64,000 nucleotides of DNA from a virus (Duplodnaviria > Heunggongvirae > Uroviricota > Caudoviricetes): the IMG/VR virus record IMGVR_UViG_3300042934_000563; one strand, given 5' to 3'. Positions 8,630 through 16,526 of the stretch are shown here, piece by piece. The notes under the pieces are model-generated. The model had not been told where the DNA came from, did no database searches, and saw only the letters and a list, made by a program, of their open reading frames with translations. Both the position numbers and the translations under genes were made by a program. Every line of letters starts with the position of its first letter. The first letter of the stretch is position 1.

Positions 8630-10207
8630 GTGCGGATTCTCATGGCTCAACTTGGCGATTACGTCTACGTGTATTGGGTGGTCGGTACGCAGTACGGCGA
8701 CGCGGGCAAGGTGACTGGTGAGGAGTACACGACGCACCTCGCCGAGTTGATCGAGTCGGGATACGGGATCCTCACGTCCAAGCCGACGGGACCGGGCACT
8801 ACGCCGCCTGTGAACCCCGACGGTTTGATGGTGTCGCGCAAGTTCGTGATGGATGCGTTTGCGGACTTCCAGACTGCCGTGGGTGCGACGTATGCGACTA
8901 CGTCCAGCGTTCTCCAGGCGCAAGCGGGAGTAGCGGCTAACGCGTCGCGGACGATGAACAAATTGCATCGCGGTATCGACTCGGTATCTGCCCTCTACGT
9001 CGGTGACTCCACCGGCAACGAACCCATCGAACACATCTATCTGGAGGCTAAGGCTCTCGGACTCCAGTTCCCGCGCTACACAGTCAATTACCGGCTCTGG
9101 AACGACACCAGTCGTACCTACGACGCGGCTGTCGTAGTCCAGACGGGCACCGGCACCACGCCGCCAGTCCTCACCATCTGGAATTGCTCGGTATCCGGTT
9201 TCGCCACTTTCCATTTCATCGGCGACCGATTCACGCAAGCATTCGAGACGTTGCCGGAGCCGCCCGACCTGATACTGGTCTCGCACTCCCACAACATGCT
9301 GGACGTATCGACGGCGAACCTCCGGGCCGCTTTCCGCCCCAACATGCTCGCCCTCACAGAGGAACTCACACAGATTTACCCGGACGCGGGCCTGATTCTG
9401 ATGTCCCAGAATCCGACGTACGTGACCGGACGTGAGACGTGGCAGTCGATCAAAGCAACCGAACTCCAGGGGCTCGCAGCGCGACGCGGCTACGGATTCA
9501 TCGACGTACACCAGGCATTCCAGGACACCGGACACCCGAGGGACTACGTGAAGTCGGACAACGTGCATCCGACCACCAGCGCCGACGCCCCCGCACAGCC
9601 GAACGGATCCAAGTTGTGGGCCGACACCGTCATCGGTGCCCTCAACTACCAGGGCGCGCTCTCATCGCCGACGCAACGCACGTCCTACTTCGCGGACACC
9701 GCCCGCGCGCTCATCCCCAACAGCGAATTTGCTACCTGGACGGACGGGAGCCCCCCGGACGGCTGGACCCTCACCAACGTCACAGCCGAAAAAGACACCG
9801 TCAACTTCGAGACAGGCACGTACGGACTGAAGCTGACGGCGGTCGCGACCGGTGCGTCGTACGCGCAGTTCTCCGCATCCCCGGCCTCGCTCGGTATCCG
9901 AGGACTCCTCTCCGGGCGGTACATCACCGTCGGCATCCGCGTATTCGTGCCAGCGACAAACACATTGGCAGGTGTCGGCATGTCGGTCCGTGACCAGACG
10001 GGAGCAGCTGGACAGCGACGCGTCGACATCTCGTCGTCGACACGCGGACGATTCCACTGGCTCTACGCCGTGAAAAAGATCGAATCCCCCGGATCGCTAC
10101 TGGTAGTTCAGCTCTCGCCGCAATGGTCCGGCACCTACGCCGCCACGAACACCATGACAGTTGATCGGATCCGCGCCGTAGAGGGAGACACCCCCCGGTT
10201 CGGCTAG
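8630..10207 (+). CDS. SGNH/GDSL-family hydrolase with tail-fiber-like N-terminal domain and C-terminal beta-rich (CBM-like) domain
   Basis: GDS block 'ALYVGDSTGN', 'LILVSHSHNM', and D-x-x-H block 'SDNVHPT', typical of SGNH esterases. N-terminal approximately 45 aa (GDYVYVYWVVGTQYGDAGKVTG..YTTHLAELIESGYG) are homologous to the N-terminus of the tail protein at 34879..35361. SD GAAGGG 9 nt upstream. Opposite strand to the surrounding structural operon. Confidence 0.75.
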   Translation: MRILMAQLGDYVYVYWVVGTQYGDAGKVTGEEYTTHLAELIESGYGILTSKPTGPGTTPPVNPDGLMVSRKFVMDAFADFQTAVGATYATTSSVLQAQAGVAANASRTMNKLHRGIDSVSALYVGDSTGNEPIEHIYLEAKALGLQFPRYTVNYRLWNDTSRTYDAAVVVQTGTGTTPPVLTIWNCSVSGFATFHFIGDRFTQAFETLPEPPDLILVSHSHNMLDVSTANLRAAFRPNMLALTEELTQIYPDAGLILMSQNPTYVTGRETWQSIKATELQGLAARRGYGFIDVHQAFQDTGHPRDYVKSDNVHPTTSADAPAQPNGSKLWADTVIGALNYQGALSSPTQRTSYFADTARALIPNSEFATWTDGSPPDGWTLTNVTAEKDTVNFETGTYGLKLTAVATGASYAQFSASPASLGIRGLLSGRYITVGIRVFVPATNTLAGVGMSVRDQTGAAGQRRVDISSSTRGRFHWLYAVKKIESPGSLLVVQLSPQWSGTYAATNTMTVDRIRAVEGDTPRFG

Positions 10208-10360
10208 TCGCGGACAGCGTGTAGGGTCCACCTTGCAAGTTCAATTCCAGAGAGTGGCTTACGGATTCACCGACAAGCGGACAGAGCGTTAGACGCGCGC
10301 ATGGTTGACATGAGGGTAACGACCCGGACCACGGTAGTAACGAGAGACAGCCACACACCA

Positions 10361-10392
10361 GCCCCCGAGTAGCCCTCGGGGGCTCTCTGTTT
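10361..10392 (+). terminator. rho-independent terminator after the SGNH hydrolase gene
   Basis: CCCCCGAG-tagc-CCTCGGGGG stem followed by CTCTCTGTTTT. Confidence 0.5.
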
Positions 10393-10410
10393 TACCAGGC
10401 AAAACAAGGG

Positions 10411-10427
10411 ACTTGCGCTAATGATGG
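10411..10427 (+). promoter_or_regulatory. copy of the 17-bp motif TTGCGCTAA-N5-GAC (candidate promoter -35 or operator) followed by TAATGT
   Basis: TTGCGCTAATGATGGACAGTGTGTAATGT is followed 50 nt later by a GAGGAG SD and the ATG at 10488. Near-identical upstream region at 29481. Confidence 0.5.
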
Positions 10428-10487
10428 ACAGTGTGTAATGTGGGTTTTGCAAGGCCAGCCAGTCACCAACTACCCGAGGAGCCCACA

Positions 10488-10838
10488 ATGATCGCTTGCG
10501 GAAACAACGCCCACACCACCTACGACTACACCCGTGAGCTGGCTCGCCACATTGCCGGGACCTACCACCACACCAACGCCGCCGAGGTTCGCGCTTGCTT
10601 CGCCGCCACCCGCGCCGGTAACGCCCCCGTCGATACCGTCGAGGACGAGATTCGGGCGGAGGAGGATCGGTGGACCTACGAAAGCGAGATGGCTGCCGAG
10701 CGCGCCGCTAACAACTACTGGGAGAACCGTGGTGAGGGCTTCGCCGTAGACGGCCTCTACCAGGACGAAGTAGATCGTGGCATCATCCCCTTTCATATCG
10801 CCATGGCGGACGCCGAGCGCGCTGCCGGTATCATCTGA
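10488..10838 (+). CDS. hypothetical protein (island gene 2)
   Basis: ORF-track frame 10431..10838. Proposed start at MIACGNN with GAGGAG SD 7 nt upstream. Acidic/aromatic C-terminus. Confidence 0.55.
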   Translation: MIACGNNAHTTYDYTRELARHIAGTYHHTNAAEVRACFAATRAGNAPVDTVEDEIRAEEDRWTYESEMAAERAANNYWENRGEGFAVDGLYQDEVDRGIIPFHIAMADAERAAGII

Positions 10839-10850
10839 CACCCACCAACA

Positions 10851-10882
10851 AAAAAGCCCCCCACCAGTGCGGTGGGGGGCTT
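10851..10882. terminator. bidirectional rho-independent terminator
   Basis: GCCCCCCACC-agtgc-GGTGGGGGGC flanked by AAAAAA on one side and TTTCTCGT on the other. It terminates the plus-strand island and the minus-strand gene 10893..11243. Confidence 0.6.
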
Positions 10883-10892
10883 TCTCGTGGGC

Positions 10893-11243
10893 CTACTTGG
10901 TGTCTGCGTCAGCCTTGGCGTCTGCGTCTGCCTTGGGAGCGGCTGCCTTGGGGGCTGCTGCCTTCGCCGGGGCCTTCTTCGGCTCCGCCTTGGGGGCTTC
11001 CGACTTCTCGGAGTCCTTCGGGCGTACCGGCTCCGAGGTGAGGACTGCCGAAGCGTCCAGCACACCCTCCTCCACGGACTCGGTGACGCGGTCGCCGCCA
11101 GCAACATCCGGCGCGCCGAACGTGTTCTCGCCGTCGGCATTCACCAGCTGCGGGGTGGACTCGAATGCGTCGACGGTGGACTCGCCGTCGCCGCTGTAGT
11201 CGGGTGCTTCGACATCGTCGAGATGCGTGGTTGCCTTACTCAT
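10893..11243 (-). CDS. hypothetical acidic protein with KAAAPKA C-terminal repeats
   Basis: 116-aa ORF in the structural operon. Ala/Lys/Pro repeats at the C-terminus. Confidence 0.45.
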   Translation of the reverse strand: MSKATTHLDDVEAPDYSGDGESTVDAFESTPQLVNADGENTFGAPDVAGGDRVTESVEEGVLDASAVLTSEPVRPKDSEKSEAPKAEPKKAPAKAAAPKAAAPKADADAKADADTK

Positions 11244-11255
11244 GTCGTTCTCCTC

Positions 11256-11858
11256 TTACGGGGTGGGAGCCTGGACCGTGTTGGTCCGGGACGGTGGTGG
11301 TGTCATGCGCCCAAACACGCGGGCCGGACGTTTCGCCTGTCCAGGGTTGAACTGCCGGAGAACGGCGTCGATCTCCGCAATTCCTGTCTTGCCCTCGTCG
11401 AGAAACTCTTGTGAGTCCAGCATTGTCATGGTGACGCCCTGCCGGGTGATGCTGGTGACTCGCTGCGGGAGTCGACAATCATTGCTGCCGTCGATGCCTA
11501 GCTGGAGTTCATCGGCCAGTACGCGGATAGCTTCGGCGACACCCTCGGGGGGCGGGGAGCCGTAGCTGTAGCGGATGGACAGTCTGGCATCGGATCCGCA
11601 ACCGGCACGGTAGACGGGGGCTGCCAGGCGGATGGTCCGCCCGCTCTCCACGGTGTAGCCGTCGAGTAGTTTGTCGCCGTGGAATATCTCGATTACCTCG
11701 GTGACAGGACGCCCTTGCAGAACAATCTTCCGTTGTCCTGGGTAGGGCTGGTGATGCTCGGTGGTGGTGACCTCGGGCCACACCCACCGACGCCCGAGGA
11801 GTTCATAGATGACACGGGTAGCCATTGCGGTCGTATCTACCGGAGTAGGGCTGCTCAT
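11256..11858 (-). CDS. hypothetical structural protein (head-tail connector or tail completion candidate)
   Basis: 200-aa ORF positioned between the putative major tail gene and the downstream tail genes. Confidence 0.45.
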   Translation of the reverse strand: MSSPTPVDTTAMATRVIYELLGRRWVWPEVTTTEHHQPYPGQRKIVLQGRPVTEVIEIFHGDKLLDGYTVESGRTIRLAAPVYRAGCGSDARLSIRYSYGSPPPEGVAEAIRVLADELQLGIDGSNDCRLPQRVTSITRQGVTMTMLDSQEFLDEGKTGIAEIDAVLRQFNPGQAKRPARVFGRMTPPPSRTNTVQAPTP

Positions 11859-11884
11859 GATCTATGAACTCCTCGGACTAGGTA

Positions 11885-12856
11885 CTACGCGCCAGGCGTA
11901 GTGGTGACAACGTCGATGGCGGGGCTGGTGCCGCCTTCAAAGTTGCCGGTGGGCACGATCTGCGGCACGTTGATGCCAGCATATGCGCCCGTGAACGTGA
12001 CGGTGTACGGTCCGCCTGCGGAGCCTGCGACCAGGACGTTGCCCTGTCCGACGGATCCGAGTGCCGACAGTGCCGTCTGGACAGCCTGCGCGGTGGCATC
12101 GGCTGCGATGGGGCCCGTGGTGTCGCCACCGAATCCGAGGGTGAACGTGCCACCCGTGGGGGATCCGCTGATGGTGAGCGTCTGGACTTCGCTGATCGGT
12201 GCTGCGCCTGCCAGGACCGGGACGTAGTCGTTGACGCCGAGCGGGGCCACCGCCGAGCGTGCGTACTGGTACGCGCGGTCGGTCTGGTACGGCCAGTCTC
12301 CGCCTGCACCCTTGCCGTACTGCGCGTTGCCGACACCCCAACCCTCGAACTCGTTAGCCATCGCGCCATTTTCGAGGACGCGGTCGCCGGTGAGCTTCAT
12401 CTTGGCGTAGGGGAAAACCCAGCGCCAGTAGGGGTTGGTTGCTGCCGGACGCCCGCCGACGATGGCGCGCGAGAAAATCTCGAACGCAACGCCGTTGGGG
12501 GTGGAGTCGATGCCGGTGGCCGGTGCTGCGTAGCCGATGGCGTCGGTGCCACTCTCGGGCAGGAGGATGTTGCCGCCGATAAGCATCTCGTGCAACTCCG
12601 GGGAGGGGTTGCAGATAGCCAGCGAGAACGTGACGCGCTTGAGAACGTCGGGAGCCTGGTAGTAGATGCAGACGTTGCCGTTAGCACCCTTCTCCTCGAT
12701 CTCCTCGCCTGCCGTGTATTCGGGGGTGAATCCGAATCGCATGAATGCCTCGGTGACGATGCTCGTTTTCGGTCCGATGAGGGGCTTGCCGTCAGGCCCC
12801 AACTTGCAGACTCGAAGAGCAACGCCCTGAACGCTGGACGCGTGTTCAGATGCCAT
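11885..12856 (-). CDS. putative major tail protein with C-terminal Ig-like (TGGTFTL-type) extension
   Basis: 323 aa. C-terminal 'TLTISGSPTGGTFTLGFGGDTTGPIAADATAQAVQTALSALG...GGPYTVTFTGAY' resembles Ig-like extensions common on actinophage major tail or capsid-decoration proteins. Confidence 0.45.
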   Translation of the reverse strand: MASEHASSVQGVALRVCKLGPDGKPLIGPKTSIVTEAFMRFGFTPEYTAGEEIEEKGANGNVCIYYQAPDVLKRVTFSLAICNPSPELHEMLIGGNILLPESGTDAIGYAAPATGIDSTPNGVAFEIFSRAIVGGRPAATNPYWRWVFPYAKMKLTGDRVLENGAMANEFEGWGVGNAQYGKGAGGDWPYQTDRAYQYARSAVAPLGVNDYVPVLAGAAPISEVQTLTISGSPTGGTFTLGFGGDTTGPIAADATAQAVQTALSALGSVGQGNVLVAGSAGGPYTVTFTGAYAGINVPQIVPTGNFEGGTSPAIDVVTTTPGA

Positions 12857-12878
12857 TGTCCTTGCCTCTCTCTACTTT

Positions 12879-13562
12879 TCAGGCCGAGTCTGCTGCTCGG
12901 ACTGCTTGGAAACGATCGAATTCGATTGCGCCGAAACGCGTTACCTCGAACTCGCGTCGATTGTCGGTTCGACGCACGGATTCCGCCGTCACGATGGGCG
13001 ACAGGAAAACTTTCACGGGACCAGTGACAGCTACGGCGTCCTTCGGGTAGCCCGGAGGCACCACGAAGGGCAGTTTGAGGTTTTGCAACCCGAACTGGAG
13101 TGTCATAGCTGCCTGCCAACCGAGATGGACGACCGGCTGGATGTGGGGCGTCTGTTCGTACGCCTTCACCAGTACGTCAGCAAGCGTCGACGCCAGGTCC
13201 GCTGCACGCGGAACCTGGGTGATGTCAGGGTGTTTCATGTAGAGGGTGCCGCCCGTTCCGGGGGCCCCATTCCACATGGCCTGTGTCACGCGATACTCAG
13301 TGACGCCCGCCATGGTGTCTACGACCTTGGAGCGGATCTCCTCGGGTGCGCAACGTACCGGCACGATCTGGTTGCCGATGATTGCGAACGGGGTGAGGTC
13401 CTCGCCTAGCTCATAGTCCGGCGGGGTCGGTCGAGCCGCCGGGACACAGATGTCCGTCACGATGGACGTAAACCCGTGTCCCGACGTGTCGATTGGGTAG
13501 CCTCCGCGCGTCCACGTGCCCTCGCTCTCCACTACCTCGAAGGTCTCGAAGAACCTAGCCAT
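12879..13562 (-). CDS. hypothetical structural protein (head-tail adaptor candidate)
   Basis: 227-aa ORF immediately downstream of the capsid gene with a strong GGAGG SD. Confidence 0.45.
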   Translation of the reverse strand: MARFFETFEVVESEGTWTRGGYPIDTSGHGFTSIVTDICVPAARPTPPDYELGEDLTPFAIIGNQIVPVRCAPEEIRSKVVDTMAGVTEYRVTQAMWNGAPGTGGTLYMKHPDITQVPRAADLASTLADVLVKAYEQTPHIQPVVHLGWQAAMTLQFGLQNLKLPFVVPPGYPKDAVAVTGPVKVFLSPIVTAESVRRTDNRREFEVTRFGAIEFDRFQAVRAADSA

Positions 13563-13607
13563 GTGAACACACCTCCTCTACCAATTGACTTGCTCGAATG
13601 GGGCTGA

Positions 13608-15287
13608 TTACGGCGTGACCGGGGGGAGGCCGAGCTTGGTGCTGGAGGTGACCTCCAGGGCCTCGATGCCGACCTTTGCCACACCCTCGAACGTCTCCAC
13701 GAAGGTGACGTAGTCGTTGGTGCCGACCAGGTCAGCGTCACGAATGACGCCGAGGTCGAGCGTGCCGCCGTCCAGGAACAGGAAAGTTCCTTCGGTGAAC
13801 AGCCAGTATTTGATAGTTGCCGGGAAGTCGTTCAGGACTCCGGCACCCTGTGCGGCGAACGTGTCATCCATGTGCCAGGTGACTCGCAAGCCACGCGATG
13901 CGAACCAGGCGTCAACCTGTGCGTCGGTGATGGCGATGTCCTGGACGCCCATGTTGAAGTTCGTGGCGATGTCCTCACGGACGGAGTCACGGACCCACTC
14001 GGGGAGGATGGCTCGCAGCTGCACGCCACGCGGGATGCGGTGGCGGTTGCGGTACGCGGCGGATGCGCGGCTCACGGAGATGAGGAGGTCACGTGCGGTG
14101 CCCTGCTCGTGAGTCGTGGTGACCTTGCTGGAGAGGGCGCTGATCTTGGAGAGGAGCGTCTTCTCTGCCACGCGTGCGTGTTCGATGAGTGCCAGCTGGT
14201 TGTGGCGCTGGACCAGCTCGGGGAACGCGCGGGTCATGAGGTTGCCGAACTCCAGCGACAGCGTAATTGCGTCGGTGGTGGCGGTCAGCTCGTTAGCGCA
14301 GTTCACCTTGAGGACCGGCTTGGTCGTCGGGTTCGTCGGGTTGGCGTCGTTGATTGCCGTCCACACCGAGATAGCTCCGGTGTACGAACCGAGGACCGGG
14401 GGAGCGATGTAGCGGATGCCGCCACGGGTCGCGCCGAAGGTGGGGAGCGAGTCGCGGACGGGGCGCGCGGTCGAACCGACACCGAAGATGTCGTAGGTGT
14501 TCGGGAGCGGTGCGCAGAATCCACCGGATGCCAGGAGGGCCTTCTCGCCGCGAATCGCGTCGATCTTTGCCGCGTTGGCGGTTGCGTCCTGTCCGAGGTC
14601 GCGGTCCTCGGGGAACTCCATCCGGAGCGATGCGACTACCGCGCGGGTGCCGTCGCCCTTCATGCCGGAGGTCGAGTTGACCTGCGTGGTCATCGCCTGA
14701 GCGATGTCCGACAGGTTGCGGAACTTCTCGCCTGCGGTGTAGCCGCGAACGTCGGCACCAGCGTGAGCGGAGGCAGTAAGTGCAACGGGTGCAACTTCTT
14801 TCAGCTCGTCGGTGTTTTCAACAGCAGAAGCGGCCATTGCCAGAGCCTCACTTTCGATTTCTGCGCCTTCGCTGGTTGCTTCGGCTGCGGGGGTTTCGGC
14901 GTCTGCCGGGGCTTCGGGCTCTGCCTTGGCCTCTTCGGCTTTCGGCTCTGCCTCTGCGGCGGGCTCTGCCTTTTCGGCTTCGGCCTTCTCCGCTTTGTCG
15001 GTCTCTGCCTTTTCGGCCTTGGCCTTTTCGGCTTCGGCCTCTTCGGACTTGCCTGCCTCGTCGATCTGTTCGACTAGCTGCTCGAACATGTCGAGCTTGT
15101 TGAGTCCCTCCATCGCCTCTTTCATTCCGGGTTTGTCACCGGACGCGTCAGCGTCACGGAATGCCTCGGTGAGGTCGTCTGCAAGGGCTTCACGCTCGTC
15201 GACAGTCAGACTTACGAGACGGTCCAGGCGCGCCTGGAAAGTGTCGTCGGTGCTCATGGTTTGCCTCTCACGTATCTCTGGGGTCAC
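13608..15287 (-). CDS. major capsid protein with N-terminal charged scaffold/delta-like domain
   Basis: 559 aa. N-terminal approximately 170 aa are EAEKAK-rich and helical (AEAEKAKAEKAETDKAEKAEAEKAEP...). The rest is a beta/alpha capsid-like body. Located after the protease/scaffold candidates and before the head-tail genes. Confidence 0.65.
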   Translation of the reverse strand: MTPEIRERQTMSTDDTFQARLDRLVSLTVDEREALADDLTEAFRDADASGDKPGMKEAMEGLNKLDMFEQLVEQIDEAGKSEEAEAEKAKAEKAETDKAEKAEAEKAEPAAEAEPKAEEAKAEPEAPADAETPAAEATSEGAEIESEALAMAASAVENTDELKEVAPVALTASAHAGADVRGYTAGEKFRNLSDIAQAMTTQVNSTSGMKGDGTRAVVASLRMEFPEDRDLGQDATANAAKIDAIRGEKALLASGGFCAPLPNTYDIFGVGSTARPVRDSLPTFGATRGGIRYIAPPVLGSYTGAISVWTAINDANPTNPTTKPVLKVNCANELTATTDAITLSLEFGNLMTRAFPELVQRHNQLALIEHARVAEKTLLSKISALSSKVTTTHEQGTARDLLISVSRASAAYRNRHRIPRGVQLRAILPEWVRDSVREDIATNFNMGVQDIAITDAQVDAWFASRGLRVTWHMDDTFAAQGAGVLNDFPATIKYWLFTEGTFLFLDGGTLDLGVIRDADLVGTNDYVTFVETFEGVAKVGIEALEVTSSTKLGLPPVTP

Positions 15288-15381
15288 TACCTGCGGCTAT
15301 TTGTCGATAGACGTAGGGGACAGCTCCGGGTAGACGTGAGGTACTCCACGCGGGAGGCGCTCGCTAGGTGGGAGCGTACAG

Positions 15382-15399
15382 GATTAGTTACGGAAACTA
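15382..15399 (-). promoter_or_regulatory. conserved 18-bp hairpin motif TTAGTTACGGA(A/T)ACTAAC, copy 1 (upstream of capsid gene)
   Basis: Near-identical copy at 16449..16466 upstream of the 15500..16432 gene. TTAGT/ACTAA 5-bp stem with 7-nt loop. Confidence 0.4.
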
Positions 15400-15408
15400 A
15401 CGGTCTAA

Positions 15409-15481
15409 ACAGGAAATTTTCCTGTATGGCGTGTCTGGACAAACAAAAATACGGCCACCCCCTGTGTGAGGGGATGGCCGT
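15409..15481 (-). promoter_or_regulatory. perfect palindrome AGGAAATTTTCCT plus a 14-bp-stem hairpin (ATACGGCCACCCCC/GGGGATGGCCGTAT) in the protease-capsid intergenic region
   Basis: Seen directly at 15409..15421 and 15447..15481, within a locally lower-GC 210-bp intergenic region. Confidence 0.4.
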
Positions 15482-15499
15482 ATCAGGGTCTAGCGGGTG

Positions 15500-16432
15500 C
15501 TACTTTTTTGCTGCGCGACGCTTGTTGAACTTCTCACGCAACGCCTTTCGCTCTTTCTCGTCGTCGTCCTCGTCGTCCTTGGGCTCGGGCTTCGACTCCT
15601 CGTCGTCCTTGTCCATCGACAGCTGGTCGCCGGATTCTTTTTTCTCGTCGTCATCGTCATCGTCGGCGTCGAACGGGGTGGCGGCTTTCTTTTTCTTCCC
15701 TGCCTCCAGTCCAGCGACGATGGCCTCCAGTTCGGCGACGCGGTCGTTGGTGCGGGTGAGGGCTGAGTAGATCGCCTGCTCCTGCTGGAGGTCGTACATG
15801 TCTCCGGCTCCGGCTGCGACCAGGGCGGTGATCTCGCCGGAGGCGACCATGGCGCGGGCCACGGGGAATCCGGGGGTGTTGACCTGGCAGACAGCGACTA
15901 GCTCCAGTGCGCCGTTGAACGGTCGCCAGTCGCCGGACGGGGCGGACGCTCGGAGGGCGCGGATCTGCTCGTCGGTGACGCCGCTGCGGATGCCGCCACT
16001 AATCCAAATGCCGTGTTGGTCCTCTCCGGCTGTCACGTCGGCGATGGCGGATGCGGTGTCGTCGTAGTGCTTGACGGCTTCCGCTGCGCCTGCGGTCATG
16101 GGGGCGTGTCCGCCTGCCAGGGTGAGCTGGCCGACGGGGGTGTCGTTACCGTCATCGAGTTTGAGGAGTCCGGTCTTGAACAACGCGTAGTCGGTGCGGC
16201 TGTGCGGGGGCTTGGTGCCGGGTGGGAGTCCGATGTGGTCGGTTGCCCACGTGGCGATGTGCCCTTTGATCTGCCCGTCGTCAGTGATGGTGAGCGGGGT
16301 GGGGCGGTCCAGCTGCGGATCCTGGTACCACTCCGCTGGAGGGAACAGGGGCCCACCGGCTGCGGTGAGGGATCGGGCTACCGTCAGAGAATCGTCCCTG
16401 ACTTCTTCGTAGAATCCGTCGACGATTCTCAT
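15500..16432 (-). CDS. scaffolding-like protein or capsid maturation protease (position-based)
   Basis: 310 aa, immediately upstream of the capsid gene. C-terminal 70 aa are extremely charged (KKKKAATPFDADDDDDDEKKESGD...EDDDEKERKALREKFNKRRAAKK). Confidence 0.45.
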   Translation of the reverse strand: MRIVDGFYEEVRDDSLTVARSLTAAGGPLFPPAEWYQDPQLDRPTPLTITDDGQIKGHIATWATDHIGLPPGTKPPHSRTDYALFKTGLLKLDDGNDTPVGQLTLAGGHAPMTAGAAEAVKHYDDTASAIADVTAGEDQHGIWISGGIRSGVTDEQIRALRASAPSGDWRPFNGALELVAVCQVNTPGFPVARAMVASGEITALVAAGAGDMYDLQQEQAIYSALTRTNDRVAELEAIVAGLEAGKKKKAATPFDADDDDDDEKKESGDQLSMDKDDEESKPEPKDDEDDDEKERKALREKFNKRRAAKK

Positions 16433-16448
16433 TCTCGGGGCCTTCCAT

Positions 16449-16466
16449 TCGGGGGTGCTTAGTTAC
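16449..16466 (-). promoter_or_regulatory. conserved 18-bp hairpin motif, copy 2
   Basis: CTTAGTTACGGATACTAAC lies 17 nt upstream of the start at 16432. Confidence 0.4.
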
Positions 16467-16526
16467 GGATACTAACTTGTTGGACGGCAGTTTCCAGCCC
16501 TTGTGCAGGCTAGATGCCGTTATTTG

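Noticed and set aside
10228-10262. tRNA-like 'AGTTCAATTCC' T-loop-like sequence downstream of the SGNH gene (possible attP remnant)
   Set aside because: I could not build flanking stems or an acceptor stem, so no cloverleaf is possible.
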